Below are positions 29,967-38,375 of a stretch of 64,000 nucleotides of DNA, piece after piece. The position numbers and the translations under genes are program-made. The stretch comes from Candidatus Babeliales bacterium. GTDB taxonomy: Bacteria; Babelota; Babeliae; Babelales; Vermiphilaceae. Under the pieces are notes generated by a model. That model was not told the DNA's origin. It made no database searches and saw only the letters and a list, made by a program, of their open reading frames with translations. The DNA lies in NCBI GenBank assembly GCA_963743635.1, contig CAVUQO010000003.1:96001-160000 (forward strand), in the 5' to 3' direction. Numbering within the stretch: the stretch's first letter is position 1; every line of letters starts with the position of its first letter.

Positions 29967-30296
29967 AGCGACTCCTTATGTTGGCCTTAAATTATAGTTA
30001 ATAAATTGTATTTTCTTATTTTCAGTATATAAGAAATAATAAAAATTTTGAATATGGACGTTAAGAAAAAGGCCAATAAATGGGGGTTTTAGTGGAATGG
30101 CCGGCTGTTTTTAGGGGCGGATGTTGAGCGTGCTAAATCAGCCGTAGCCTTGTCGAGGATACATAAGGAGTAGTTCAGGCTTGTAAAGGGGGCGAAGGCT
30201 GAATCAAACGTTAGTCTGGATCAAAAAGGCTAGTCGCGGGGGGTGATTAATACAGGGTAAAAACAGGTATTTAAAGAGCTCATAAGTCCCATTTTA

Positions 30297-30325
30297 TTGC
30301 GGTTTTTCCACATTTGTGGTATTAT
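30297..30325 (+). promoter_or_regulatory. Sigma70-like promoter
   Basis: TTGCGG-17bp-TATTAT. Confidence 0.5.
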
Positions 30326-30329
30326 AGGG

Positions 30330-30735
30330 ATGTAGGTGGTCATCCTTGTGCGATTAACCATCATTCTTTGACTCGAAACTGGAACAGGCTATTTGAATAA
30401 GCCAGGGCGCATTCCCATCAGGGGAAATGTTCGGTCCCTGAGCTTCATTCTTATAAAAATAGGTTTGCGTCATGAGTTTATCAAATCCTTAAAAGATCTT
30501 TGTGATTATGTGGAAATCACTTCGTTTCTTATCTTTTGGAATCAAAACAACTTCCCTCTTATAAAGAGGCAATAGCATGACTGAGAAAACCTTGGCTTAG
30601 TCCGGGAATTCGAGCGTGCGTTTCTTTATAGTAAGTAATTAATGATACACATATTGATAATCTATTATCAGTGTGCGTAAAGTTAATTGTGCCGATCTTT
30701 CTGACGATATTTTACGTTCAGAAGGACCGGATGTT
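30330..30735 (+). ncRNA. Candidate structured RNA (leader or small RNA) upstream of the nucleotide translocase
   Basis: Five nested long-range helices plus internal hairpins read by eye; no credible ORF. Confidence 0.5.
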
Positions 30736-30762
30736 TTGTAATTTCATTATGAAAGGATTCAT

Positions 30763-32154
30763 ATGTTATCTTCTTTGGTTCATTATTTTTACCCAGATCT
30801 CAATAAAGATGAGATCAAAAAATTTAGTTATTTATCACTGACGTTCTTTTTGATTATCGGTAGCTATTGGCTCGTCCGGTTATTAAAAAATACGCTATTT
30901 TTAAAAATCGCTTTTCCTGAAGCACTTGGTTGGCTTCCTCATCAAGGTCTACTCTTCCAGCCGATTGCGAAATTCTATTCACCATTCATAGTCTTTACTT
31001 TGGTTATGGTCTATTCAAAGCTGGTCGATATGTTCAAAAAACATGTCCTTTTCTATATCATCTGTACCTTCTATGCAATTGTGTTTGGCGGCATTACCGT
31101 CATGCTTGTGTTGCGTAGCCAATATGGAGATTTATATTTAGGTAAAAATCTTTTAGCAATAGTCGGATGGGCATCCTACTTTGCTATAGAAAGTTTTGGC
31201 TCGCTTATCACTGCATTATTTTGGTCCTTCACCAATAGTATCTGTACCTCAGAATCAGCTAAAAGTGGTTACCCTATGATTCTTGCATGTGCGCAGATTG
31301 GCGCTATTGGAGGATCGATATTAATGATCTTCTCAAGCCATTTCGGATTATCCCTACTTTTTGGATTCGCAGCTTTTTTTGTTGCTGCAGTCATGCCCGT
31401 TATTCACAAGCTTATGAAAGCGGTTCCTGAATCACAAATGGTGGGTAATAAGCAAGCAGCAGCTACCGAAAAGCAAAAAGAAGGATTTATTGAAGGTTTT
31501 CTATCGGGTATAAAGCTGATTGTTACGCGACCATATATTTTTGGGATATTAATTGTCTCTACCCTTTATGAAGTCATCAATACTATTATCGAGTATCAAA
31601 TGAACACGCAAGCGAGTATGGTTTATACAACTGATATAGAATTTGCACGGTTTTCGGGTATTTATGGTACTGCAGTTAATAGCCTTGCTTTTTTGTTGGC
31701 ATTACTCGGTACGAGTTATCTCATTAAGCGCTTCGGATTGCGTTTTGGGCTCTTTATCTTCCCTGTTTCATTGTGTATTGCCTTTGCAATGTTATTTGGT
31801 TTTTATACACTCGGCGCTCCTTCAGCAGGGCATCTCCTTGCAGCAACGTTTGTGGTCATGATGATTGCAAAAGGACTCGGATATGCAGTTAATAATCCGG
31901 TCAAAGAAATGATGTATATTCCAACGAGCAAAGATGCAAAATTCAAATCAAAAGGATTCATCGATGTATTTGGCGGACGCATGTCCAAGCTTGGCGGCGC
32001 CTCAATTACGAATGCATTCAAATCAAGTCCGCATGATTTAATGGTATATGGCACAATGTTCAGTTTCGGATTAACTGGCATCTGGCTCTTGGCAGCGCTC
32101 TTTGTTGGTAAGAAGAATGCACAGTTAATCGCTGATAATGAAATCATTGAGTAG
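30763..32154 (+). CDS. Nucleotide transporter, TLC/NTT ATP/ADP translocase family
   Basis: About 12 TM helices; ESFGSL...LFW.F.N.I and KEM.YIP...D.KFK.K..ID..G.R..K.GG motifs. Confidence 0.9.
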   Translation: MLSSLVHYFYPDLNKDEIKKFSYLSLTFFLIIGSYWLVRLLKNTLFLKIAFPEALGWLPHQGLLFQPIAKFYSPFIVFTLVMVYSKLVDMFKKHVLFYIICTFYAIVFGGITVMLVLRSQYGDLYLGKNLLAIVGWASYFAIESFGSLITALFWSFTNSICTSESAKSGYPMILACAQIGAIGGSILMIFSSHFGLSLLFGFAAFFVAAVMPVIHKLMKAVPESQMVGNKQAAATEKQKEGFIEGFLSGIKLIVTRPYIFGILIVSTLYEVINTIIEYQMNTQASMVYTTDIEFARFSGIYGTAVNSLAFLLALLGTSYLIKRFGLRFGLFIFPVSLCIAFAMLFGFYTLGAPSAGHLLAATFVVMMIAKGLGYAVNNPVKEMMYIPTSKDAKFKSKGFIDVFGGRMSKLGGASITNAFKSSPHDLMVYGTMFSFGLTGIWLLAALFVGKKNAQLIADNEIIE

Positions 32155-32177
32155 CTTCTCGCCCTTTAAATGATTCG

Positions 32178-32211
32178 CACCCAGAAGGCTTTGTGGCATT
32201 CTGGGTGTTTT
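32178..32211 (+). terminator. Intrinsic terminator
   Basis: CACCCAGAA-loop-TTCTGGGTGTTTT. Confidence 0.7.
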
Positions 32212-32244
32212 AATTTTGGTGTTGTAAAGTAGTATTTTTTTAGA

Positions 32245-32279
32245 TTAAAAGGGCTCTCGTAATTGAGGGTTCTTTTTGT
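32245..32279 (+). repeat. Junction hairpin copy 1 (AAAAGGGCTCTC-GTAATT-GAG...)
   Basis: Recurs at 34442, 36879, 38225, each just upstream of an MKRI.. gene. Confidence 0.85.
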
Positions 32280-32331
32280 TATTATTTAAATGATTTTTTT
32301 GATATATCTGCAGTGTTAATTGAGGAAAAAT

Positions 32332-34419
32332 ATGAAGCGTATACTCGGTATGGTTGTTGCGGGGGTTTTAAGCGGCAGTATACATGCGATGGAGCAAGTG
32401 GCGTTGCTTACATCGGATAATCAAACGGTAATGCTTGATGTAAATAAGGTGCCATTATTTGGAACGATCCAAAGTGTAGTGGCCGACACATTTCCAAAAA
32501 CAACGGATGGTAAATTGGATTACTCGGCACAAAAAGATCCGATTCCACTACGTAACGTTTCGTATGATGTATTAACGCAGTTAGTTGATGATACCGATGG
32601 CATGCGTGATAAGGGAGCCTTGCAAATACCCACTTATTCGGATGAAACACTTTCTCATACGATGGGCTTGCTCAACGCGGCAAATTATTTGGGTACGCAT
32701 CCTTTGTTGTGCGCAAAATATGCAAAAAAAATAGCCGGATTATTGATATCGGATCGATCATTGGAGCAATTGCAACAGGCCCCAACGAAGCATCCTGCTT
32801 TCAAGCCATATGCATTGGCGTATTGCGCAAAACAGATGATTTATCCATATATGCCGCAAACATGGGTTGATCGATCTACGATTGAGCATGATGGGATTGC
32901 ATCGGTAGAATGTTCACCAGATAGCAGTGCAATACTGACTAAATCGCGATCGCGTGAAGGATCGACTTTCTTGCATGAAGCAAAAATGGCGAATGTGGCA
33001 ACGGGTAAAGTACAGTATGAGATTAGATATAAATGCGACAATAACTGCGTATATTTAGTTCCAGGTGCACTTGTAGAAGATCCAGGAAGTAGTTATGTGT
33101 GTGTGTGCGACGAGGATGAAATAAGTATAGAGAGTGCAGCATCGGGCGAGGTATATAAATTTGCTAGCAGCCACGCTCGTTTTTATCCGTTGATAATGTA
33201 CATGATTCAGCGACAGATGTTCTCGTTCAATAGCGTTATGGCAATAATGCCCCGCCGGGATGATACACTAGAAGTAGCGGACTTAGTGACGGACCGATTA
33301 TTGCATGAAATCAAGTGTGAGGGTCCGATTGCATCAGGAGTCCTTTCATCAGATGGCCGCGCGGCTGTTGTTAAATCAGAGGATGGAGTTGTAAAAATAG
33401 TAATGATTGAAACAGGCACAGTGTTTGACATTGAGCGCGAAAATACTGTTCTGGGGGCAACGGCTTCACCAGATAATAGCAAGGTTATGATTATGTTAGA
33501 TGATGATACCGCAGAGATAGTAGATATGGCAACGCATGAGGTATTGCATAGATTTAAAGGTGAATTTGGTGGACATGAAGGGTTTTTTTCGTCAGATAGT
33601 AGCATGGTGGCCAGTGTGTGGGATGGTGTTGGAAAAATACTAGATGCAGAAACAGGCCGAGTGTTGTACGAAACTGATAATAGCGGACGGCGCCGAGGAC
33701 TGGTGAAGTTTTCGCCGGATAGTAGTAAGGCGATGTTTTGTACCTACGAGTCTTCAAGTTCAATAATAGAGATAGTAAGCGTGGCAACGGGTACAGTGCT
33801 GGAGATTAAGCACGATACTCCCCTTGCAGGGGCGTTTTTTTCACCAGATAGCAATAGAGTGATGCTTTTTTTCGATAAGTCTAAGTCAGCAGAGATAATA
33901 AATGTGGCAAGGGGTGACGTAGGATTGCACGAGTTTGCGGCAAGGAATATACGCCTCTCGGGATGGTGGTTTGATAGTAAATCGGATACGCAATTTTTAC
34001 CCGACGGAAATAGGGCGGTTGTGATGTCGAAAAATACAGCAAAAATAATTGAGAAGGCCGCAAGTAACTTTGATCAGGCATTATTAATGCAATTAATGGA
34101 ATGGTGTCGCACAAATAAGCGTTCTGTGCCGCAATGTGGATGGGTGGAAGATGTAGTACATAGTTATACTGACCAGTTAACACTCAAGGCAGCAACTGAA
34201 CGAGCATTTTACATCGTCAATAGGTCCAAACAACCTTCGCAGACTATGTCAGCAATCTTGCAAGATGGTCGCCCCATAGATTCGGAAGATGACACGCCCG
34301 TGGAATCTACAGGGTCGCAGTCTGCGCATTTAATGGAAGATACATCAGATAGTCGAGTAAGACGTCTTGCCAGACAACTGAGAGCATCCTCACGAGATTC
34401 GAAATGTACGATTTCTTGA
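32332..34419 (+). CDS. Secreted Skp1/BTB-like + WD40-like beta-propeller protein with C-terminal CaaX (CTIS)
   Basis: Signal peptide; LLTSDNQ, PIPLRNVS, LLNAANYL blocks; repeated FSPD/SSDG blades; ends SKCTIS. Confidence 0.75.
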   Translation: MKRILGMVVAGVLSGSIHAMEQVALLTSDNQTVMLDVNKVPLFGTIQSVVADTFPKTTDGKLDYSAQKDPIPLRNVSYDVLTQLVDDTDGMRDKGALQIPTYSDETLSHTMGLLNAANYLGTHPLLCAKYAKKIAGLLISDRSLEQLQQAPTKHPAFKPYALAYCAKQMIYPYMPQTWVDRSTIEHDGIASVECSPDSSAILTKSRSREGSTFLHEAKMANVATGKVQYEIRYKCDNNCVYLVPGALVEDPGSSYVCVCDEDEISIESAASGEVYKFASSHARFYPLIMYMIQRQMFSFNSVMAIMPRRDDTLEVADLVTDRLLHEIKCEGPIASGVLSSDGRAAVVKSEDGVVKIVMIETGTVFDIERENTVLGATASPDNSKVMIMLDDDTAEIVDMATHEVLHRFKGEFGGHEGFFSSDSSMVASVWDGVGKILDAETGRVLYETDNSGRRRGLVKFSPDSSKAMFCTYESSSSIIEIVSVATGTVLEIKHDTPLAGAFFSPDSNRVMLFFDKSKSAEIINVARGDVGLHEFAARNIRLSGWWFDSKSDTQFLPDGNRAVVMSKNTAKIIEKAASNFDQALLMQLMEWCRTNKRSVPQCGWVEDVVHSYTDQLTLKAATERAFYIVNRSKQPSQTMSAILQDGRPIDSEDDTPVESTGSQSAHLMEDTSDSRVRRLARQLRASSRDSKCTIS

Positions 34420-34590
34420 ATATCCATAAATAAAAACATATTTAAAAGGGCTCTCGTAATTGAGAGCCCTTTTTTGTATAATGTGTGGCGTTAAATTTTT
34501 ATGCATAGCTACTGTAAGGAAATGCGTTATGAAGCGTATATTTGGTATGGCGGTTGCTGTAGCAATTTTGGGTGGAAGTTTGCATGCGAT
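34386..34590 (+). repeat. Junction repeat copy 2 (CaaX tail, terminator hairpin, -10, RBS, signal peptide)
   Basis: Similar to 38168..38375 and, from the hairpin onward, to 36879..37030. Confidence 0.85.
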
Positions 34591-34777
34591 GAAGCCAGAA
34601 AAGAAAAAAGAAGCATCTACAAATAATGCATCTACAGGCGAAGAGAAAAAAAAAGGGGGTGCATATTATTGGGCAGAGTACACAGCGCTTTTGGCGCAAA
34701 ATATAGAAACACAGGAAGATCGCGTAAAAGCGCTTGATAAGGTGATGGATAAAATGCCTAATGACTCTAAATGGTAA
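34529..34777 (+). CDS. Small secreted protein carrying the MKRIFG signal peptide
   Basis: Start reassigned by AAGGA RBS and homology to paralogs. Confidence 0.7.
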   Translation: MKRIFGMAVAVAILGGSLHAMKPEKKKEASTNNASTGEEKKKGGAYYWAEYTALLAQNIETQEDRVKALDKVMDKMPNDSKW

Positions 34778-34867
34778 TGAAATAATATGGTACGGAACTC
34801 GTTATTTGTGGATATTCTTTTAAGATAATTTATCCACTCAATACTACCCAATGAAAGGTATACAACT

Positions 34868-35251
34868 ATGCAAAAACTACTATTCATCTCTCTGATATGT
34901 TTGTCATCAGGATTGAATGCGATGTACCCCTGGAATTTATCCGAAAAGGAACGTGAAGCACGGGAGGCTGAAGGAGAGGAGCGGGCCCGAGCGCGGCATG
35001 CTCAAAGAGAGCAGGAGAGGCAAGAGCAAGAGCGCCAATGGCGAGAGGAAAGGCAGCTACAACGGCAAGAAGAAGAACGTCGACGACAACAAGAAGAACA
35101 CCAACGGCAAGAAGAAGAACGTCGACGACAGGAAGAAGAACGCCAACGGCAAGAAGAAGAACGGCTACGACGACAAGAAGAATTAGTGTATCGATTTGAA
35201 CGTGCAGTGCAATATGCCGAGGAAATGAATAAAAAAAATGAACAAAAATAA
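34868..35251 (+). CDS. Secreted charged-helix protein (RQEEERR repeats)
   Basis: Signal peptide LNA-MY; 21/42-bp tandem repeats at about 35060-35180. Confidence 0.7.
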   Translation: MQKLLFISLICLSSGLNAMYPWNLSEKEREAREAEGEERARARHAQREQERQEQERQWREERQLQRQEEERRRQQEEHQRQEEERRRQEEERQRQEEERLRRQEELVYRFERAVQYAEEMNKKNEQK

Positions 35252-35289
35252 GTAAAATCCCCATGTTCATATTAATAAAGGAAGATCTC

Positions 35290-35646
35290 ATGATTAAACG
35301 AATGTTATTAGGGTTGGTGTTGATGCCATGCTTAGCTTATGCGATGCAGCAGGAGCATCCAATGCAGTATATGTTCGGATTGACCAAAGAGGAACTGCTT
35401 ATTAAGAAGAAGGATACAGAAAATGAGGTGGAATATACGAGGAGCTTGCCCCCAAAGCTGTGCTGTGTCACGAGCCTAACTGTCTGGCTCACCAAAACAT
35501 CAAATGAATATATGTCAAGTTTAGAATCTGAGACTCCAGTGCGCTGTGGAAATTGTTGTTGGTATAAGTTCGGACAAAAAGATGAAAAGCGGGATGAGGA
35601 GCTGTTTAAAGAAATGGCCGCAGAATATGAAAAGCAACAAAAATAA
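35290..35646 (+). CDS. Secreted hypothetical protein (AYA-MQQ)
   Basis: AAGGAAG RBS, signal peptide. Confidence 0.7.
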   Translation: MIKRMLLGLVLMPCLAYAMQQEHPMQYMFGLTKEELLIKKKDTENEVEYTRSLPPKLCCVTSLTVWLTKTSNEYMSSLESETPVRCGNCCWYKFGQKDEKRDEELFKEMAAEYEKQQK

Positions 35647-35744
35647 ATTGAAGCGAAGGCAAATCATTGATAACCATTTTAAATATTGTTATTTTTTACC
35701 AGCGAATGTCCAAAATATAATCACGTAAAACCGTAAGGAACAAT

Positions 35745-36170
35745 ATGATCACAATACGAAACACCTTTTGCACAATAATGTTGGCGAGCACTGTATCGCT
35801 CTTTGCTATGGATGCGAACAGAGAAGCGCGTATGGAGGCGGACTCCAAAGCGAATAAGGAAATGACATACCTTGATTATGTGAAGTCTAATGCGGAAATG
35901 GAAGAGAAGATGGCATACAAAGAAGCGTATGTGCATGCGCAGGTAAGATCTGCATTTAAGCGAGCAACAAAGCCTGCAATTTTGACTAAAGAGCAATGTG
36001 AAGAGGCGTGTAAAGATGCAGAAAGATCAGCGCTAGGTGGTATACGAACTGCTGCTGATCTTTCTGCAAGCGAGTATGACGGACTGATTGCACGTGCTCT
36101 CTGGGATCAAGAGTTCAGGGCGAAAATAACCTATCCTGGATGGTTCAAGGCGAAATATTTCCACAACTAA
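35745..36170 (+). CDS. Secreted hypothetical protein (LFA-MDA)
   Basis: AAGGA RBS, signal peptide; terminator-like hairpin at 36204-36231. Confidence 0.7.
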   Translation: MITIRNTFCTIMLASTVSLFAMDANREARMEADSKANKEMTYLDYVKSNAEMEEKMAYKEAYVHAQVRSAFKRATKPAILTKEQCEEACKDAERSALGGIRTAADLSASEYDGLIARALWDQEFRAKITYPGWFKAKYFHN

Positions 36171-36415
36171 GACTCATCTGTTAGATCGAGTTCGCATTAA
36201 ATAAAAACCCCACTAAAAATAGTGGGGTAAAATTTAAACGTTAACAATTGGTGTTATTTTTTTAATGCCAAAAAGCGCTAACATATCCTTTGGATCAACA
36301 CCGGATGCAAAAACAAGCCTTGCGTCTTTGTAGTACGGTCCGGTGGCACCAGTTGCGCCAATATCGCCAGCAACACCCGTTATCTCAGTAGAGCCCGTAA
36401 GGCCTGTATTAGAAG

Positions 36416-36742
36416 TCACTCCCACCGATTGGATCGTGAGCCGCTTTCGATATTGTGGAAAGGGGGTAATCCGTTTTTCAAGTTTTGTTTAATTAGCGCC
36501 TCCGCATTCTCTATATATCGTTTCGTACTGTCGTCGTGCTTGGCCAATTCAGCTAGACGTTGTGCTCTCCACTCTAGGTATTTAGGGTCTTTAAAGTCCA
36601 TAGCAGGAGCACTCGTAGACTGGCCTGAGATATTTTGGGCGTTGGCAGTATTAGGCGTTTCATTAGGGTTCATCGCGTGTAAATAATTCGCTGATGCAGA
36701 GGTAGCGACAAACAAAAGGAAATTCAACGACTTTGTTTTCAT
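36416..36742 (-). CDS. Secreted hypothetical protein (LHA-MNP)
   Basis: AAGGA RBS, signal peptide. Confidence 0.65.
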   Translation of the reverse strand: MKTKSLNFLLFVATSASANYLHAMNPNETPNTANAQNISGQSTSAPAMDFKDPKYLEWRAQRLAELAKHDDSTKRYIENAEALIKQNLKNGLPPFHNIESGSRSNRWE

Positions 36743-36878
36743 AAGACATATCCTTTAGAAAAAGAACAACATTAAAATTTTGATCTAATGTACATTCATA
36801 ATGAGAAAAAACAAATTATGTGAACCAAATTTAGATCTCCAGTTTTTTCATATAAATAAACATTAAAAATAATGTCTT

Positions 36879-37030
36879 TAAAAAGGGCTCTCGTAATTGA
36901 GGGCCCTTTTTTGTATAGTGGGTGACGTTAAAATTTTATGCATAGTTACTGTAAGGAAGCGGACTATGAAACGGATATTCGGTATGGCGGTTGGTTTGGG
37001 AATTTTGGGTGGAAATTTGCATGCGATGGA
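36879..37030 (+). repeat. Junction repeat copy 3
   Basis: Hairpin, TATAGT, RBS and signal-peptide codons conserved. Confidence 0.85.
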
Positions 37031-38201
37031 ACAAGGGCAATCGAGTCAACAGCTTGATTATTCGTTTGTAAAAGCAGGCAATTATGAACATAAGAATGTT
37101 GATTTTGCAACTATTTCACCTGATGGCAACACCATCGCGAGCGTCTCGTGTTTGGCTAGAACGGTAAAGATTAAGTCATTGAGAACAGACGAACCTCCCT
37201 GTTGTTTTTCATTGCCCCATGAATACGAGGTAAAACTAGCAGAATTTTCACCCGATTCCAGCAAAATTGCGGTTGTGACTAAATATGATGCTCCTGGATG
37301 TTTTTTCATACTTGATGTAATTAAGAAGCAGAAAGGAGATAACGCTATAATATCTCCAAAGGCTTTCATGTTTCCCTGCGAATCAATAACGTTTGTACCC
37401 GGCAAAGAAAAGGTGATTGTGGCTGATCAAAAATCGGTAAAAGTTGTTAATATTTCTACGGGGCAAGCCGAGCATGAAATTGCGCTCGACCACTTCAAGT
37501 ATATTCGAGCATATTATTTACAAGGAGCTACTACGTTGCTTGCCTTATTGAATAATGGCATAGCAAAAAGAGTGAATCTTTCTACAAATGAAGATTTATC
37601 GGATATTACTTATCAAAGTGGTTCGATTGGAGGGAATGCTGGCTGGGGTGCAAGAATGGGCAACACGTCGGCTTTATCGGGCAATAAGATGGTGATCATC
37701 TCAGATGATAATAGCGTTGATGCGAAAACGGGTGATAATAGCGTGGGGGTCTATGATGCGACAACGGGTGAAAAAAAAATTGTAGTACCTACAGACCTTG
37801 TTAAGCGGGCGAGTACGGTAGCTTTATCTCCAGATGGTAAGGTTTTAGGATTTGCGCATCGTACTAGATACGTTTCTATAGTAGATGCAGAGACGGCTGA
37901 ATTGAAGCATACGGTACCTAATAAATCGAGCGGCTCTATCGTCTCTATAACGTTTTCACAAGATAATCGTTTTATGTTGGTTAGGCCTTGTTGGAACGGT
38001 GGGCCAGTCACTCTCTACGATGTTCAAACAGGTGAGAGTAAATTTGAATTTGAAGGCAGAATGCATACTTCGGGAGTATTTTCGACCGCAGGTGATTATG
38101 TGGTAGTCTCATCGTGTGATCTGAGCAAGGTCATGATTGTTCGGCGAATAATTGCCCAGTCTGCGCAATCCTCACAAGATTCGAAATGTATAATTTCTTG
38201 A
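36966..38201 (+). CDS. Secreted WD40-like beta-propeller protein with C-terminal CaaX (CIIS)
   Basis: SPDG/FSPD blades, YD..TG turns, ends SKCIIS. Confidence 0.8.
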   Translation: MKRIFGMAVGLGILGGNLHAMEQGQSSQQLDYSFVKAGNYEHKNVDFATISPDGNTIASVSCLARTVKIKSLRTDEPPCCFSLPHEYEVKLAEFSPDSSKIAVVTKYDAPGCFFILDVIKKQKGDNAIISPKAFMFPCESITFVPGKEKVIVADQKSVKVVNISTGQAEHEIALDHFKYIRAYYLQGATTLLALLNNGIAKRVNLSTNEDLSDITYQSGSIGGNAGWGARMGNTSALSGNKMVIISDDNSVDAKTGDNSVGVYDATTGEKKIVVPTDLVKRASTVALSPDGKVLGFAHRTRYVSIVDAETAELKHTVPNKSSGSIVSITFSQDNRFMLVRPCWNGGPVTLYDVQTGESKFEFEGRMHTSGVFSTAGDYVVVSSCDLSKVMIVRRIIAQSAQSSQDSKCIIS

Positions 38202-38375
38202 ACATCCATAAATAACAAGGCTATTTAAAAGGGCTCTCGTAATTGAGGGCCCTTTTTTGTATAGTGGGTGACGTTAAAATTTTATACATAGGTATCGTGA
38301 AGGAAATGGACTATGAAACGGATATTTGTTATAGCGGTTGTGGCGGGATTTTTGGGCGGCAGTGTGCATGCAATG
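38168..38375 (+). repeat. Junction repeat copy 4
   Basis: CaaX-coding tail, hairpin and leader as in copy 2. Confidence 0.85.

Noticed and set aside
30348..30735. Group II or group I intron in the translocase leader
   Set aside because: GTGCG is present but no domain V/VI; the GACTGA/TAGTCC segments are too close to form a group I core
32245..38259. Integron attC cassette array
   Set aside because: Hairpins lack RYYYAAC/GTTRRRY ends, look like intrinsic terminators, and no integrase is seen
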